A DNA stretch of 64,000 nt from Macrostomum lignano (taxonomy: Eukaryota), in assembly GCA_002269645.1 (NCBI GenBank), contig NIVC01003404.1:1-64000 (forward strand). Direction: 5' to 3'. Below the pieces are notes generated by a model. That model had not been told where the DNA came from. It ran no database searches and saw nothing but the letters and a program-made list of their open reading frames with translations. Below, piece after piece: positions 50,097-63,188 of the stretch; the stretch's first letter is position 1, and every line of letters begins with the position of its first letter. A program made the translations under genes and the position numbers.

Positions 50097-52728
50097 CTAG
50101 TTGCAGGCGCCGACCAGCAGTCGTAGCAGCACGAAGCCGTGCTCACTTTTTATGTTGCCACCCGTGGTAGCCATGCAGTCGATGCCACCGCAGAAAGAGC
50201 CGCCGCCGCCTCCGGCGTAACTGCTGCGACTCCCGGCTCCGCCGCCGCTGTAGCCTCCGCCGGCTCCTGCCGCTCCTTTTATGGCGGCCGCGCCTCCGCC
50301 TCCGCCACCGCCGAAGCCGCCGTCAGCTAGGCTGCCTTTTCCAGCGCTGCCGCCGACCCAGCCGTCGGCGCGACTGCCGCCTCTGTCTCCGTACTCTTTG
50401 CGTGTGCGGGCGATGGCGGGCCTGCCAAGCCAGCCGGCTCCACAGCCACCAGGGTTTCTATCTTCAGCCGCAGTGCTTTGGTCGTTGCTGCCCGGGTTCC
50501 CATTGATGCCTCCGGTGCCCATTTGATTAGGCTGCAACCATTTAAATCATTAAAGCATTACTTGCAGTAGTAGCTTAGTGCTCATTTTTAAGTTATGGCC
50601 TATACAATTTGAACTTGAAAAGCTTCAAAAAAGACAACTTTCCAAAACGCATCGACTTACATCTTCCGTACCGACAGATCCCGTGCCGTTATTTCCCGCC
50701 TCACCTGGTTGTCCTAAAAAGTGAGTCATAGTTGATGATGCAGAATAAACTATATCTGCGTTAGATGCAGTTTGTCAAGTTGTTGACTGACTGACCTGAC
50801 TGGTGGTAAAAAAAGTGTCAAATATAAAAATCGATCGACAACTCTCACCATCGTACTTATAAGATGCGCCTCCGCCTCCGCCAGCAGCCATCAGCAGACC
50901 ATTGTCCAATGTCCGGTACACGAAGCTGCCTCCGCCGCCGCCACCACCACTAGCGTACTCGTCAGTATGCGCTGTGCCTCCGGCCTGTCCGACAACAATG
51001 GATAGCTGAGTGCCCGCGGCCAGAATGACATTGCCAGCGATCAGGGCTCCTCTACCTCCGTGTTTCTGATCTCTACCAAAGCTGTCGCCACCCTTGGCTC
51101 CGGCGGTCTTGACACGATAGCAGCCAGTCACGTTGATTGTCATCTGCTGGATGGCGCCATGTCGACCAGTTGAAGCGTCTGAATGGGTAGTTATTATATT
51201 CGCTAGTAGAACAATAATGATAGCTCGTACAAGTGCCATTAAATCGCACACAACCATATTCAAGTTGATTAATAGTCAATAAAGTAGATAATTCTATTAA
51301 ATATTAGACAGGATTGAACATTTGAAAGTATATTCACGATTTTCCTTCATAGAAAAGACAGTAAATAAACTTTCAGAAAGTGATTTTTCCCGTGAAGTTG
51401 AATGTTAAAAAATAAGCTGCCACAGCTAAGTAATCGGTACTCGGTACTCGGTACTCGGTACTCGGTACTCGGTACTCAATACTCGGTACTCGGTAGTCGG
51501 TACTCAATACTCGGTACTCGGTACTCGGTACTCAATACTCGGTACTCGGTACCCGGTCACCCTAATTGGGTTAGAGTGCTCGGTACTCAATACAGGGAGG
51601 TGTTTTTGACAATTTTGACAATTTTATCAACTTTAGTGAGCCTACATGTATGCTGTTAAATTTCTTCACAGCAGAAATCGTACTTCTTTTCTTTTAATTG
51701 TCTGAAGAAACGGAACTATTGCAATGCCAAGTCTGTTGTTCATTCAGAATTTGCGCTCAATAGAAACTCGAGAGAGCATTGAAAATAAGTCTCACTTGTG
51801 AAGAAGCGTCTCACGTGGAATTTAGTGTTCAGGCCCATCAATTCATCAAGGTTTTCAATCTTGAGCACTATCGATTGGGCCTCGGTTCCCAAACGTCTCG
51901 TCTGGTTACTGCAGACGGACCCAGGCACCTCTGGCACCGTCAGCAGCAGCCGGCACAGTTTGCTGCTCTTCTGGAACTCCAACGCAACGCAGCCTTTCGC
52001 CCGGCACAGCATCAGGCAGCCCTGCTTTGATGCCATCCCGGGGAAGTTCGACACTTGGCTGCTGATAGACGAGTTGATGACGAGGACTCCTTCGTGTTTT
52101 GCGTAACGAGTTTTGTTGCAAGTGGCTGAAAAAATGTTCGATGCATGTTCAGTGGCGCAACCAGGGGGGGGGCGGGGGGGGCGGTCGCCCCCCCCCCTTA
52201 GGCGGGGGACCGAAAAAAAATCAAAGGGGGGACCAAGCGAATTTTCGCCAAAAACAGAGCCACCCCTCCGCCGCCCCCCCCTCCCGGGACTTTACCCACA
52301 GAATCCGCCCCCCCCCTTGAAAAATTTCTGGTTGCGCTACTGTGCATGTTTGAGTGGATTGCTACAAGCGTAATTGCGTTTTGAACGGTATCGGTATAGA
52401 ATATTATATATAAAAGATTTTCAGTTTCCAATTTTCAGAAAGCGTTGCTTTAACTCCGCGTTGACAAAGAAGAAGTGCTTTTCTGATAATCAGACAGTGT
52501 AGCTTCAAGATGGCAGCTCCTTATGGACCGGATGAGAACTGCACAAATCCACCTCTATTGTTCGTACACACGAGCGCAAAAGTTTGCCCCCGCTTAGATA
52601 ACTTCAGATTTGAGCTACTATCTAATCACGTAAATTAAAAACTTAAGAGGCAATTGTAAGATCTTACCGATAACCGGAACAGCGAAAAATTCACACACTA
52701 GATGGATAATAATCAATTTCCAAAGCAT
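50097..52728 (-). CDS. Copy B': secreted PAN + ALK/LTK-type glycine-rich protein, 402 aa, intact
   Basis: Exons 52668-52728 (MLWKLIIIHLVCEFFAVPVI-), 51796-52125, 50849-51178, 50661-50713, 50097-50531 (1209 nt, GT-AG, frame continuous). Confidence 0.82.
51432..51555. repeat. 7-bp (GGTACTC)n repeat in intron 2 of copy B'
   Basis: About 17 units; only ~3 degenerate units at the homologous site 43993-44020. Confidence 0.9.
52150..52342. mobile_element. hAT-type MITE in intron 1 of copy B'
   Basis: TIR CAGT(G/A)GCGCAACCAG; perfect 8-bp target duplication TGCATGTT. Confidence 0.85.
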
Positions 52729-54919
52729 ATTTGTGCGAAGCTTGAACAAATGTCTATGTCTTGAACAAACGGCTTGACACGAGTTGTAAGGAAAGTGGCA
52801 TTTTAATCCATTAAAGGGGAATACATTAACCTATTTCAGAAACTGCATTCTGCATCCAGGATGCTATTGGCTTCAGCTAAGAGCTCGAAAGATACGTCTC
52901 CCGCTGTAGCGGCGCTGATTGGCTGTCAGAATTTTGCAGTTTTTTTGGTCCCAAAACGGTCGAATTTTTTCTTGACACGTTTTTCTATAGAATTAAAGAA
53001 ATTTTAACTAATAGAAGTATATTTATGGAGCAAAAAATGTGCAATATCTGGTGTATCATAGACTCTCGCGCCATAGTACGAGTATCTGTAAAGAGCCCCA
53101 AGGTGTATGCTTATATATACCTGGTGATTTGAAAGGCAGGGCCGCTATAAAACCAGTTGAGTGTGTGCCTTCGTACGTATCCGTGTGCGGCTTTCTCAAA
53201 ACTAAACTATCCAACATGATTGCTGCAGTAATATTACAGTAAGACCAAAAGTTAATACATAGAGTGTGCGGGTCATCTGGCATCGTGTTTTCTGCTATAC
53301 TTCACTGAAACTTGAATAATAATCCATACGCCAAAATTCTGCAAAGCTAAAAGCTAGAAACATCTTCTGTCCTGTCAATAAAAATAAAAAAACTTGATTC
53401 AGTGTCTTCCTTTGGTAAAAGCCAGTAATATACACTGTTGACTGAATCATGGTAAAAAGCTAGCTTTCTGTCATCTCAAAAATGCGCTGACTGCGTGACG
53501 AGCTGAAAGGTTTAAAAACGGTTCCATCAGTGTCATCAGATTTTCCGACAAGCGACAGAAAACTACAGTAATAGCTCGAATTATGCACAGATACGTCGTA
53601 GTTTTGCTCCATCGTTACAATACATGACCATAAACAATTGCTTTACTATTGATGTACTCATTCAGGTTTAACGTACCAGTAGAGCGTTTTTTACCTCTGG
53701 CTGACAGAAAAATGAGAGAAGTAATTTTCAATTGAGGATAAAATTAATTAATTCCTTTATTCGGTTCTAAACTACACAAACTTTTGATTGTTAAAGAAGC
53801 AACCGACATCATTTAACTTGATCGAATAACTTTTTGGAAGAGAACGCAAGAAATTCATTATCTATCGAATTCGAAGTATTCTATGTTTATACGCTCGTAA
53901 TTTAACCATTTTGTAAAAAGTGCACAAATAGTTGTTGGTTCAGACAAAAGTATGCATGTACGAGTAGTATTGGACAGAGATAAATAATTCACTACACTAT
54001 AGATAGAGATCATAAAGCTGACGCCTGCTTGTACACCAGCTAGATTTTTTAAAGCGATGCTACTAAAAACAATTGAAGCATGAAGTTAGAAGAATAGAGT
54101 AAAAAATCAAACCCATTTCTTCCTTTATTACTAAAAAGCAGGATTATCCTACAAGCTCGCTGATTGCAAAAACTTTCTGAATCAAAGTTGACTTATGTAC
54201 TGAATCTAGATGGTAGAGAAGGCTTTTACGGTATCTTTGAAAGCATTAAAATTCTGAGACTTGTTCCCGCGTTTATTGACACATCTGTCTATGAAGAAAT
54301 TTAGCATGCAAATAGGCTTTGAATGAAGTTTTCACATTCTCATTCAGCATATACTGGCATATAGCGCAGAAGCTTGTTTCAATCGGACTTGTTTAACTCT
54401 CTACAAAACCGAAAACAAGACTAGTACATACTACAGTATAAATATGAAGTATACATAAAGAAAGACTCGCTTCATCCTTCAATATCATATTTGTCATAGC
54501 TTTGTTATCTTATACCACAATATATTCTCCATTGAGACTTTTATGCTTGCTTGCGTTTAGCAAAACAGCAGATATAAACTTAGTGGGTGTTTGACTTTTT
54601 AACTTACATGTAAGTTTAAAATGTTTTTCACATATCTTCTACTATGTATGCATAATTAATTAAGCAATCGTACAGCTGACTGGCCGGATGTAAGAAATTT
54701 CCTACATGAAACATTAATTGAGCTATCCAACTAAAGTTTGAGTGATTCAAGCTCTACAAAAGGGGTTTTTGAACATTAGGTAAAAATATTTAACTTTATT
54801 AGTCGGGGGGAATTCGGAGCAAGTCAAGGTTGGCTTACGTGTAATTAGCGAGAATGCAAGCTGTTATGACCACAAGGCAAATTACAATGGTATGCTACTT
54901 GTTGAGCAGAATGGGTTCC

Positions 54920-55130
54920 GGCCCCATCTAGGCACAGTGGCGCAGATCCAGGCTCTTCGCCGAGTCATCGAGAAAGTGTGGACCCGCCAGTCGAGCCTGA
55001 TTGCTCTGGAAAGCCTGGAAGGCTTTCGACTACCATAGGTCGTGAGGGCCGTGCACCCAATGGTGCTTCGTGCGTATAGCGTGCCAAAGCAGCAGATCGG
55101 TCTCACGACCAGGCAAGACTGACGCAAGCA
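54920..55130 (+). mobile_element. Short degenerate fragment of the RTE-like family
   Basis: GGCACAGTGGCGCAGATC..GCTCTTCGCCGAGTCATCGAG matches the GTVAQILALRRVIE-coding part of the 18-kb copy. Confidence 0.6.
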
Positions 55131-55573
55131 CTCTAAAACGCGCTGGCTTCGCTTGAGAGAATATCGCTCGTGTTACAGGAAAATCTTCTCAGCTTTTGAT
55201 CGATATATTCAGCTTGACGTCCAAAATCATGTTAAATATCGCAGGGTCTTCAACCAGGTGGTCAATCATCAAGTCCGTCTATTAAAACCGAGCGTGAATA
55301 AGAACAGTTGATAAATGAAGGTGATAATCAACATGTTTTAATGCCGATGCATTTCGTCCACAATGGACATCGTCAGGGCTTACCACATACTATAAACACT
55401 AGATAGGCCACTCAGGCTAATTTTCACAACATGACAGTTTATTCTACTTTCTGCTTAGTAGTGATAAAACATTTTAGCGTTTTTTATATTTAAAAAATTA
55501 AAAATCAAGATGAATACAATGCAGCAATTGTATTATGATATTATTAGCAAAAATAAACTTTTAACTATAATAT

Positions 55574-56490
55574 TGTAATAGGGTCGATCTTTTATTCTTA
55601 CTAATAGTAGTTTTAAGCGGGTTTAATGAGCTATTTTTACTCAGCCAATCAGTGAATTTCCTTGTTTAAATCCCTAAATTGTTTTGTTTTAAATAATCTC
55701 AGCCAATGGAGTTTAATACTTTGTTAAAATTTCGTAAACTATTTTTGTTATAATTAATTTCAACCAATCAAATTGAGTTTTATCCCCTATATAAACGAAA
55801 CAATTTACCAAAAATAAAAGTAACTTGCTCTTCCGCGAATCTTCGCGAGCTCGCTCTCAATCGGAGAAGCAGCGTTTGACATTCAAACCAAAACGTAAGT
55901 TAAAACCTGCGAGTCTTAGTTCTTTGTACGAATACAGAACTAGGGATCAGAATAGGGAGAAACCAGAGGTCGTGGAGACCCAGAACTAGGGATCAGAATA
56001 GAGAGAAACCAGAGGTCGTGGAGACCCAGAACTAGGGATCTGAATAGGGAGAAACCAGAGGTCGTGGAGACCCAGAACTAGGGATCTGAATAGGGAGAAA
56101 CTAGAGGTCGTGGAGATCCAAGATAGAGGTCTAAAAATAAGGAGAAATTTAAGGTCGTACAGACTCTAAGAAAGCCGTACTGGCTAATAATAGGTATTAG
56201 GCGCTAGGAGATTAGGCATTAGCTACTGCTGGACACCCTTGATCCTCGGAAAACGCTAGGCTTTCGGACTAAACTAGGGAATTAGACAGTGTCTTACCGC
56301 TCGGGCACTACACGCTATCACAAGGTTTCCGAGAAATCGTGTGAAATTAGAGAAAGGTCATAGTTTAGGGCAGCCAATACTACTAGAAATAGGCAGCTTA
56401 GTGATAAGAACCAGAAAGTCTGTAAAGACTCGGTGGCTTTACGGTGAAATCGCAGTTAGGAACGATTACGTCTGCGACAACTTGGTGACA
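55574..56490 (+). mobile_element. Probable LTR-like promoter-bearing repeat with 4 x 46-bp tandem units
   Basis: TGTAAT start, three CCAAT-like boxes, CCCTATATAAAC TATA at ~55786, 46-bp repeats 55935-56130, PBS-like TGGTGAC at ~56483; absent from the duplicated arm. Confidence 0.4.
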
Positions 56491-56676
56491 TCTAGTGGGA
56501 TCTAGAAGAAGGAGGAAACACGTCTGTGACAATATCTACGACAAAAAGCAATACTGCGAATGCTTTAGATTGCATTGACGGCCATATAATTGCAGTTAAC
56601 TACTTAGCAAATACAAGCTATTATATACTCCATATTTTTTTATCTAAATAGAATGATTTCTCATCAATTAATCAGC

Positions 56677-57450
56677 TCATCGCAGTTTGTGAAACTTTCG
56701 CAGCGTGCTGCTCCTGCTCGTCGCTGCTCGCAGGCTTCTCACCTCGCAGCGGCACCAATGATGCAGTCGCAGCTGTGCAAACGTGCTGCATACCTGACGC
56801 TGCACATGTGCAGCGTGTGAGCTGCACGCCGGCAGTGCAACTGCTGCAGCTGTGAACAAAGCAGCCAATCGTTTAGCTACCTGCGGCTGCACAATAAAAC
56901 TGTGCGATTGCGCAACGAAGGCAGCCTCCATCTTGCAGAACTCACCCAAAGCCGCAGGTGAAGGATGCGTGAGGCCGATGACTGCGTGAGGCAGACGCTT
57001 GTGCTGCATGTGACAGCCAGACGGAAGTGACACTGTCAGCTCCGCCCTGCAGTCGCTGCAGTCCAATACGCCACTCTTTTTCAGCACATAACCAGCTACG
57101 TATTCAGTGGCCTCGTTCAGTACTGCATCATCTTGGACAGTAGCCAGGCCTTCTATCGGTTCGTGCAGCAGCGGGATCGCTGATTCGTTTGAATTGCTGC
57201 CAGAGGCTTCACTCGGCGGTGTCCAGTCACTGGTTGCAGCATTGCTGTCGTCTCGTCCTACTGATGCGCAAGCTGATGCGCCGGAAGCTGAGATCGCAGC
57301 TGAGCAGCCGTCATCCTCACAGTTCCTAGCCGATGAATCCGGCTTAGAGAGCCCGCCAGCCGCTACTGATCTCAGGGCGCCAATGAAAGCTGACAGTTCG
57401 GGTTTTTCATTGAACCTGTTGCGCCCTCTAAGGATGCTGAAGAGATTCTG
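56677..57450 (-). mobile_element. P-element/THAP9-like transposase 3' fragment
   Basis: (E)NLFSILRG.N.FNEKP....F..ALR, EYVAGYVLKK....C.DC, GLTHPS and a C-terminal LRLHHW; contains a frameshift. Confidence 0.7.
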
Positions 57451-59122
57451 AAAAGGGATGGCGTTTCACTTTGCTAAAATTGTACTACTCTGTGCACTCT
57501 GAAAGTATGATTTAAATGCACTGCCTTTCAGAAGAGTAAAATTGCGTTTTTGAAAAAGTGAAATTTCAAAGAAGCTAAACTAGCTAATCATAGAGAATTT
57601 CGAAGAACCGAAAAATACGGTTTAGCACTCACTAGGTTGCTTTGTTTCATAGCTTCAACTGTTCTTAGGCAATGTAGCTCGCTTAATAAACAGCAAATAA
57701 ATGAAGGTGATTATGAAGGTGATTATCAACATGTTTTAATGCCGATGCATTAAATGCCGAGTAAAAAATTAAGCACATAACAGTATAAAACATGTTGATT
57801 ATCATCTTCATTTATTTGTTGTTTATTAAGCGAGCTACATTGCCTAAGAACAGTTGAAGCTATGAAACAAAGCAGCCTAGTGAGTGCTAAACCGACAAAT
57901 AAAATTAGGCTTAACATCAATGGTAACGCCAGTTCACTGTTGAAATACCTTTGAATGATATTTACGGCCACTATACGTGACTCTAGGCGCTTACAAGACA
58001 CTTCTATTTTTTAATATGCTAAACTTCCTGTTGTATTCAGTTTTGATATTTTTAATTTTTTGAATTGTGTAATTGTTGGTCGGTTAAATGTTAGTTTAAA
58101 TTTGTCCAACTGTTGCAGGACTGAAAACAATGACAACTGAGGAGAACTGGATGGTTCTCAATCCTAGAACCGATAAATTACCATAAGAAGTTTGTTGTTT
58201 CTCAGATTGAGAAAGAGTCGAGATCGAAATGCACTTTATGGAGGTTAATGAAAAAAGAATAATGAATTCTTTCGTATATATTTTAGCAACATCGTAGAAA
58301 ACCAACATCTGGGTTGGGCAACTGACTATATAGCAAATATAGGTGCATTGAAGTGTGCAAAGAGTTACAAGCGTGACGTTATGGTCTTGACATAAAGAAA
58401 CGCATAAGTACGTATACGCATAAGGTAAAAATCGATAGATAGATTAACATGGTATAGAATAATGGTATAACTAGATATAGACAAACTATGCTATTGTGAA
58501 TGTAGGACGGAAAATTTATAGCGGGACATCTATCTTATAAAGCAATTTTGTTAGACAGTAGTGGAAAGCTAGTACGACTCAATAATTCAATGAAGAAATT
58601 CAATCGCTTCAAACTGCATAGCCTTGCTGAAACATTTGGTCGCCTATAATTTAGGTGCGTCACATATTCACGCTACCGACTAGTCAAACGTACGTAGATT
58701 TTCAAAAAAAACGTTTTAAAATTTTCAGATTTAAAAAAAACAAAAAACAAAAAGAATCTACATTTTTGCGGCTTTAGTAAATAAATGAGTAAAACATTTA
58801 GTAAAACATATTTTAGCCATTGATATCTAGACTAATAACATATATGCTATTCGCACGCTTCGCACAACCTACGCTTGTGGGTACTATGCTTTGTTCTTAA
58901 CCGTCCCTTTACCTGCGAATAGCGGTTTCATCTGGCGCTCCTGTTAACCCCTCGTTAATTTCCCGTTAATTCCTCGAAGGTTCCATTATTATTCGCCCTG
59001 TGACACTTTTTGAAGTTTTTGAAGTTTCTAAACAAAGTTCTTTTTGTTTGGCTTTAGCTGTAATGAGTGTTACTTTTGACCGTCACCCCATGCTCTCCAA
59101 ATCCCCGATTAATTTCTAGACT

Positions 59123-62118
59123 TCAAGCGCATGTGTAGGGGATAACAGAATCAAACAGAATCCTAACGAATCCTTGGGTACTGTTCGTGTTGCCGCCAGT
59201 GGTGGCCACGCAGCCGCTACCGCCACAAAAGGAGCCACCGCCTCCGCCAGAAAAATCTTCTCTCAGTCCGGCTCCGCCTCCACTGTAGCCGCCACCAGCT
59301 CCGCCGCCACCTTTGGTACTACCGTCGCCCGTAGCAGCTCCTCCGCCGCCACCGAAGCCGCCCAAGCCGTAGAAGGAACCTTGGCTGGAGGTGCCGCCAA
59401 TCCAGTTTTCATCTCTGCTACCACCTCCGCCACCATTTTCGCCTCTGGTCGCAACGGCTGCTCTACCCTTCCAGCCAGCGCCGCAGCCACCGTAATTTTC
59501 GCCTGAGGGCGCATTAGACGGATCATTACTGCCCGGTTGTCCATTGATGCCTCCTATGCCGATCTCAGAGGGCTGTATAAAATGGTTGTGTGTTGTCGTG
59601 AGTAACAAATAGCAGTCTTAATAGGAGTTTTTAGGTTTCCTACCGTATTTTCCTTTTATTCTTACTAATAGTAGAAAATCAAAAAAAATATCGTCCTAAT
59701 TATTTGTAAGATTTTATCTTCTGAGACTTTAACATTAGAAAAGTATCAAGAAATGTTAAAAATAGTAGTGATATTTGTTAATTTTACATTTCAATCTTTC
59801 AGCTCTTCTCTAGAGTATTTTTTGGCGGTCGAGTCACAGTTATTGCATATATAACTCTAAATGTAATAGAGCTCGTTAAGTACTACAACTACTACAACTA
59901 AAACAAGCTAGTGGTCTTCAATACTCACCAGGCAAAGGAATGATTCACATTTAAATATTAAAAAACCTCATTTCTACTACTGAAATATTACTAATGCATA
60001 AATAGTGTAGGATGCGCATTATCTAATTTGATACAGAACGAACTGTGTAAAATTCGGCATAAATGAAAGTACTTTATGGACATCACAATTGTGTCAAGAT
60101 TTAATGCAATCCAGGTCCTGATCCGGTTTATTCTAGTTGTTTCTGGTCTCTCTTTGGACATTTTAACGTAAATACTTTGGTGCAAAAACTTTTCGGATCG
60201 TAATGACTGTGAATCCAGCTTTAGAGTTGACTTTTAAGGTTTCTTTCTAATCTAGAGTGATAAACTTAATTAAAAAGCTTGTTCTGAGGTTTGTCAAAAG
60301 ACGCTGAGCATCAAAACTTATTAATTATTATCGAGTATTACCAAAAAAATTGTCATAAAATTACCGTGTTTGAGCCACGTGAGTTTGAACCGTTTCTTCC
60401 GGCCTCACCCTGGCGTCCTGAAAAAGGGTGTTTAACATTTTTCAGTGGACTTAAAACACTTAAAGGTTTTTTATAGTACCATTATGCGCTCCGACGTCAC
60501 AGCACTATAAATTTAACAGACTAGGTCCATACAAGGACTACCTGAATAGAATTTGGCAAAATATAATTTAAATTTTTCTTGTCAATCTACTCTGGAGATG
60601 GTTTTTCACCCATACAAGCTAGCAACTTCGAAGCTAAACGAGTGTTTAAAGTTGTAGAAGCGTATGTAGATGTTCTTTTAAAAAATCAACTCTAAAGTGT
60701 TCTGATGTTGAGTATCGAGTCGAAAATTGTGCCTCAAAATTGATTTAATTGAAGTAAGCTATTCTGGAATCTTCTTTCTAATTACATGTTAAGATACGAG
60801 CAGTCAGTATTTAAAAGGAAACTTCAGTTCAACGAACCATGTTCATTTCTGGAGGCTCCGCCGCCACCGCCAGCCGACATGAGCGGCTCACTGTCGGATG
60901 CACGGTACACAAAACTTCCACCGCCGCCGCCACCTCCAACATAATCGAATTTCGCGTGACCACCAGCCTGACCAACGACAATGGACAGCACGCTGCCGGC
61001 CGTCAGGCTGACATTTCCAGCGACCAGGGCTCCCCTACCGCCATATTTTTCTCTGTCAAAGTTGCTACCACCCTTGGCTCCGGCAATCTCAATGCGATAA
61101 CAGCCCGTCACGTTTATCGTTGTCTGCTGTATGCTGCCGTTTTGACCAGTGCTGGTGTCTAAAATTTGTGGTCAAATTAATTTTGAAACGAAATTTCAAA
61201 ACGAATGCTTTTAAAACGAAAAGCAAGGCTTACTTGTGAAGAGAAGAGTGATGTTGGTGCTTAATATCGAATTAATCACAGCGTCGAAATTCTTCAGCTT
61301 GAAAACTTCAGAGCCAGGCTCTGTCCCTAGGACTCTGGACTCGCTGGATCCTTTTGAGACAGTCACCAGCCGGCAAAGACCGCTGCTCGGTCGGTACTCG
61401 AGAGCAACGCAGTCCCTCATCCGGCACAGAGTCAGGCACCCCTGCAGGGATTCCACTCCAGAGATGTTACTGACTTGGCTCCTGACTCCGGAGTTGATCG
61501 TAAGGACACCATTGTGCTGCGTGTAGCGAGCAGGATTGCAGGATCCTGCAAAACGATTGTAGAGCGTTAAAAAAGCTGCACTTATGCAATCTCCTGGTCA
61601 CTGCCTCTCCTTGCAGGCAGGATGCCTGTTAGTAGCACCGTCTGCACCAGTTGTGTAGGCCGCACGACTTGGCGCTGATGCTTAACTTGTCAGCAGGAGT
61701 CACTGACACCGCTAATGTTCACTTAGAGTAGGGGTCGGCAAACTCCGGCCTGAGGGCCGCATGCAGCCCGTGAAGCCTCTCTCTATCCGTCCCGTCGGGT
61801 AGAGAGTCTCTCTCTCTCTCTCTCTCGCCTCTCTCCTCTCTCCCCCTTTTCTCCTCTCTCCCCTCTCTCCCACCTCTTCTCGCCTTTTCTCTACTCTCAT
61901 CCTGTTTGTCGCGTCTCATCTCTCATCTTTTTTCTGTCCTTCCACTCTGACCCGAAGCCATCTACCAATTTTAGGTGGAAAATATTGCAGACCCTTTGAC
62001 TTGGACGGATAATACAGAATCCACTATTATGCAAATCAATTGACTTACCTTGAGCAGCATCGAAGCAAACACAGCAACAGACCAGAAGAATGAACAATCC
62101 GAAACTTATTGATTCCAT
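59123..62118 (-). CDS. Copy A': secreted PAN + ALK/LTK-type glycine-rich protein, 401 aa, intact
   Basis: Exons 62049-62118, 61234-61545, 60838-61158, 60365-60417, 59123-59572 (1206 nt); exon-for-exon paralogue of copy A. Confidence 0.85.
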
Positions 62119-62899
62119 AACGAAATTTTAACGCGATCTTGCAAATATCTTTCCAAGCTCTAAGTCGGATGCCTACAGTTACCTTCTACGTCTTATTTTT
62201 GAAAGAATTCTATGTGGGCGTAAAATATTTAGCTGGTTGCTAGGACAGCCACTCGCCATCGTCTATTCCTGCCTTCCTTGCGAGGCGCACGCCGCCCTTC
62301 CTTATATCTTATCCAATCCCATGCTTAAGTTTTCTGAGCCCCAGATGCTCTTGAGGCTGTAAATTGTTCCATGGAAAATTCCTACCGGCTGCTTCACCCT
62401 AGGCTAAAGCATATGGATGAGTTGGCAGCTCCTCAAAATTCTTTTTTGAAAATGCTTCTGACTTCTGGCTGTAGTTTTAACCATGTCTAAAAGATAGACG
62501 CAGATCGAGCCACAGCAGAAACTTTCTAGAAAAAGAAATTCTGAAAGAAAGCATTCTGTTTCCATCTTTACCTTTGTAAACATCGCTTAGCTACGCAGGA
62601 TTGCAATTCTGTAGTTTTGAGTAGCGAATCTACCCGGAAAGTATAGTTCTATCGAAAATGCGAGACACTGCAAGCCATATTTTTCCAGACTTTTAAACTT
62701 TCAAATTTATCTACTATGGAGTGACTTTGTTCTCGCTAGCCAAGTAGATCCTTCACCCTTACAGGTAGCTCTACTGCTGCATGTAGTTAAGAAAAGTTGG
62801 CCTAGCTTATAATTGAGCGTATGGATATCAAACTGCTTACGTCGACCCCGCGGGAGCAGAAGCTATTACTATTTTTATCTGTTAAATAATAACAATATT

Positions 62900-63188
62900 A
62901 GTAATAATAAAGTACAACTGCCCTAATTGGGCAGTTGTTTCGCAGCTATTGCGTGGCGCATCTGAAAGCTCCGTGCGGCTGTTCAGTCCAAGGACTGGGG
63001 GGGGGGGGGTCGCCACGCAAACCCTCAATTACCCCAGCTAATGCTGGCACCCATCTTACAGCTGGGTGAACTGAAGCAATGCATAGCTAAGTGTCTTACT
63101 CGAGGACACAAATTCTTCCGAGTGGGTTGAGAATCTAACCTCCTTCAAGTAATGAGTCCGACGCTCTAACCACTAGGCTACAACTCCC
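62900..63188 (-). mobile_element. tRNA-derived SINE (family 2)
   Basis: GTAGCCTAGTGGTTAGAGCG A box, B-box-like GGTTAGATTCTC, GTGTCCTCGAGTAAGACACTT, CACCCAGCTGTAAGATGGGTGCC central block, AT-rich tail. Confidence 0.7.

Larger units (their letters stand above)
36640..62480. repeat. Large inverted segmental duplication (arms ~36640-45815 and ~50045-62480)
   Basis: Exons, introns and intergenic blocks are colinear in reverse complement, e.g. 41400-41950 vs 57890-58400 and 42600-43360 vs 53620-54290. Confidence 0.9.

Noticed and set aside
27629-62118. Calling the glycine-rich genes true ALK/LTK receptors, or bacterial PE-PGRS contamination
   Set aside because: No MAM, LDLa, EGF, TM or kinase exons, and each copy stops after the Gly-rich domain; canonical spliceosomal introns and signal exons exclude bacterial origin of the DNA.
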